Origin: Mobula hypostoma
Lineage: Eukaryota
Direction of reading: 5' to 3'
DNA length: 64,000 bases
Assembly: GCF_963921235.1 (NCBI RefSeq)
Contig: NC_086097.1
Span: forward strand, 218,242,001-218,306,000
The notes beneath the pieces were generated by a model. The model worked only from the letters and a program-made list of their open reading frames with translations, was not told where the DNA came from and did no database searches. Shown piece after piece: positions 61,960 to 64,000 of the stretch. Within the stretch, counting starts at the first letter, position 1; each line of letters begins with the position of its first letter. The position numbers and the translations under genes were made by a program.

Positions 61960-63900
61960 GCCATAATGTCTGCTTTTTGATAAATGAGCCACGATATATT
62001 GACACAGCGGTCTCGTCCTGCTCCTACAACCTGGAACATCTGACAGTGAAGTGCAAACCATTGATCTTACTGCAGAAGTCATCCTGACTGAAGTCTAAGA
62101 CATCAAGCTAGCACTCAAGGAACTAAATGGCATATAAAAAAACAGCAAAGCAGTGTATCCGAATGACTGTCACATCACAGTGGGAGACTTTACTCGGGAT
62201 GGTTTAGTGGACTGACCATGCTCAAGGATTATTCAGCAGATCTAACTAAATGTTCAAGAATCTTCACCAACCTATCAGCATCCATATTGACAAGTACATA
62301 CCCACAAAAATAAAACACTGAATCTTCCAAAATCAGAAGCCATGGACGAATTAGGAGATTCATAATATGCTGAAGGCTAGAGTTGTAAAAATGTTTAGGA
62401 CTGATGACCCAGAGTCCTTTAATAAATCCAGGTATGGCTTCTGGAAGGCAATCAAGAGTACAAAGAGGTAATTTTGGACTAAACAAAAGTCACAGATGTA
62501 TGTCCAACAGCTGTGGCAGGGCTTGTATAATATTACTCCATGGTGGACTGGTTTGCATAAATATCAGGAAGGAGTCAAACCACCATGTCCAGGAATAGTT
62601 ATTACCCCCCAACCATCAGGCTTATGGACCAAAAGGGGATAACTTCACTCAAATCCACTTGCCCCAGCATTGAAATGTTTCCACAATCTATGGACTCACT
62701 TTCAAGGATTACTTATATAGTATCTTGCTATTATTGCTTATTTATAATTTCCTTTTGTATTTGCTTAATTTGTTATCTTGTGCACACTGTTTGAATACCC
62801 AATTGCTGCAGTCATTCATTGATTCCGTAAGACCGTAAGATACAGGAGAAGTAGGTCATTCGTCCCATCGAGTCTGCTCTGCCATTCAATCATGGGCTGA
62901 TCCAATTCTTCCAGTCATCCCCACTCCCCTGCCTTCATCCCATACCCTTTGATGCCCTGGCTAATTAAGAACCTATCTATCTCTGCCTTAAATGCGCCCA
63001 ATGACTTAGCCTCCATAGCCGCTCGTAGCAAAAAAATCCAGCTAATTCCTTCAGAACCCGTGGGTGAATTTCACCAGGTCCAGGAGATTTATATGCCGTC
63101 AGACCACTAAGTTTCCTGAGCACCTTGTCAGTCGTAATTTTCACTGCACAAACTTTACTTCCCTGACACTCCTGAATGTCCGGTAGACTGCAGACGTCTT
63201 CCACTGTGAAGACTGATGCAAAATATGCATTCAGTTCCTCTGCCATCTCTGCATCTCTCATTACAATATCTCCAGCATCATTTTGTAATGGTCATATATC
63301 TACCCTTGACTCTCTTTTACCCTTTATATACTTAAAAAAGCTTTTAGTATCTTCTTTGATATGAGTCACCAGCTTCTTTTCATAATTCATCTTTTTCTTC
63401 CTAATGACCTTCTTAGTTTCCTTCTGCAAGTTTTTAAAAGCTTCCCAATCCTCTATCTTCCCACTAGGTCTGGCTTCCTTGTATGCCCTCTATTTTGCTT
63501 TTACTTTGGCTCTAACTTTACTTGTCAGCCATGGTCATGTCCTTCTTCCACAAAAATTTCTTCTTACTTGGAATATACCTGTCTTGCACTTCCCTCATTT
63601 TTCGCAGAAACTCCAGCCATTGCTGCTCTGCTGTCCTTCCTGCAAATGTCCCTTTCCAGTCAACTTCAGCCAGTTCCCCTCTCATGCCACTGTAATTTCC
63701 TTTATTCCACTGAAATAGCGACACATTGGATTTTATTTTTTCCCTCTCAAATTTCAATGTGAAATCGATCATATTGTGATCACTGTTCCCCAAGGGTCCT
63801 ATTATGGTTGTTATTCTATTATGGATTTAATGAGCAGGCACTGAAGAAAGCGAATCTTAGGATTGTACGTGGTGACATGCATGTACTTTGTCAATTGTGA
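61960..63900 (+). mobile_element. Decayed Rex1/Babar-type fragments (endonuclease remnant and 3' UTR), split by a CR1
   Basis: LEHLTVKC.P and GDF motifs near 62030-62190; NSYYPPTIRL at about 62595; the UTR resumes at 63801. Confidence 0.55.
62826..63800 (-). mobile_element. CR1 LINE with most of the RT deleted
   Basis: 63040-63800 is nearly the same sequence as about 40620-41320, but is joined directly to a 3' end (62826-63030) with a (cgtaaga)n tail. Confidence 0.9.
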
Positions 63901-64000
63901 CGAGAATACACATAGATAAGATGTTAGCTGTCCTATGTGATCAGCAGTTGGTCTGCCACCTGTCTTCAAGAGAGAGATAAGGGACACAATGAAACAGCAC

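Noticed and set aside
63896..64000. TG-starting sequence that may be the beginning of an LTR
   Set aside because: Cut off by the window edge; no second LTR, PBS or coding region visible.

Overview
This is eukaryotic, AT-rich, repeat-saturated vertebrate DNA. The repeat mix is most consistent with a cartilaginous fish such as a ray, which is an inference. Most of the window is nested transposable elements: many CR1 and Rex1/Babar-type LINE fragments, two L1 elements (one full-length with a 15-bp TSD), an RTE 3' end, Penelope-like elements (PLEs), two hAT elements, a Tc1 element, Tigger/pogo MITEs and two tRNA-derived SINEs. Almost every ORF in the track is a decayed TE reading frame or its antisense shadow. 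Five things stand out. (1) There are many short PLE-derived units carrying minimal hammerhead-ribozyme motifs, with covarying stem I and their own TSDs; one is a head-to-head palindrome and one is inserted in frame in a CR1 ORF1. (2) A chain of phase-compatible micro-exons on the minus strand (about 43.3 kb to 18.4 kb) could encode a small hydrophobic-leader protein that I cannot identify. (3) A Tigger MITE looks chimeric, with parts resembling human Tigger4/MER46 and MER2 as I recall them. (4) A G-U-rich 94-nt hairpin lies in unique sequence. (5) One CR1 is inserted at the homologous codon position of another CR1. Family names were assigned by eye from protein motifs and recalled consensus sequences; no searches were run, and TE boundaries without TSDs or TIRs are approximate.
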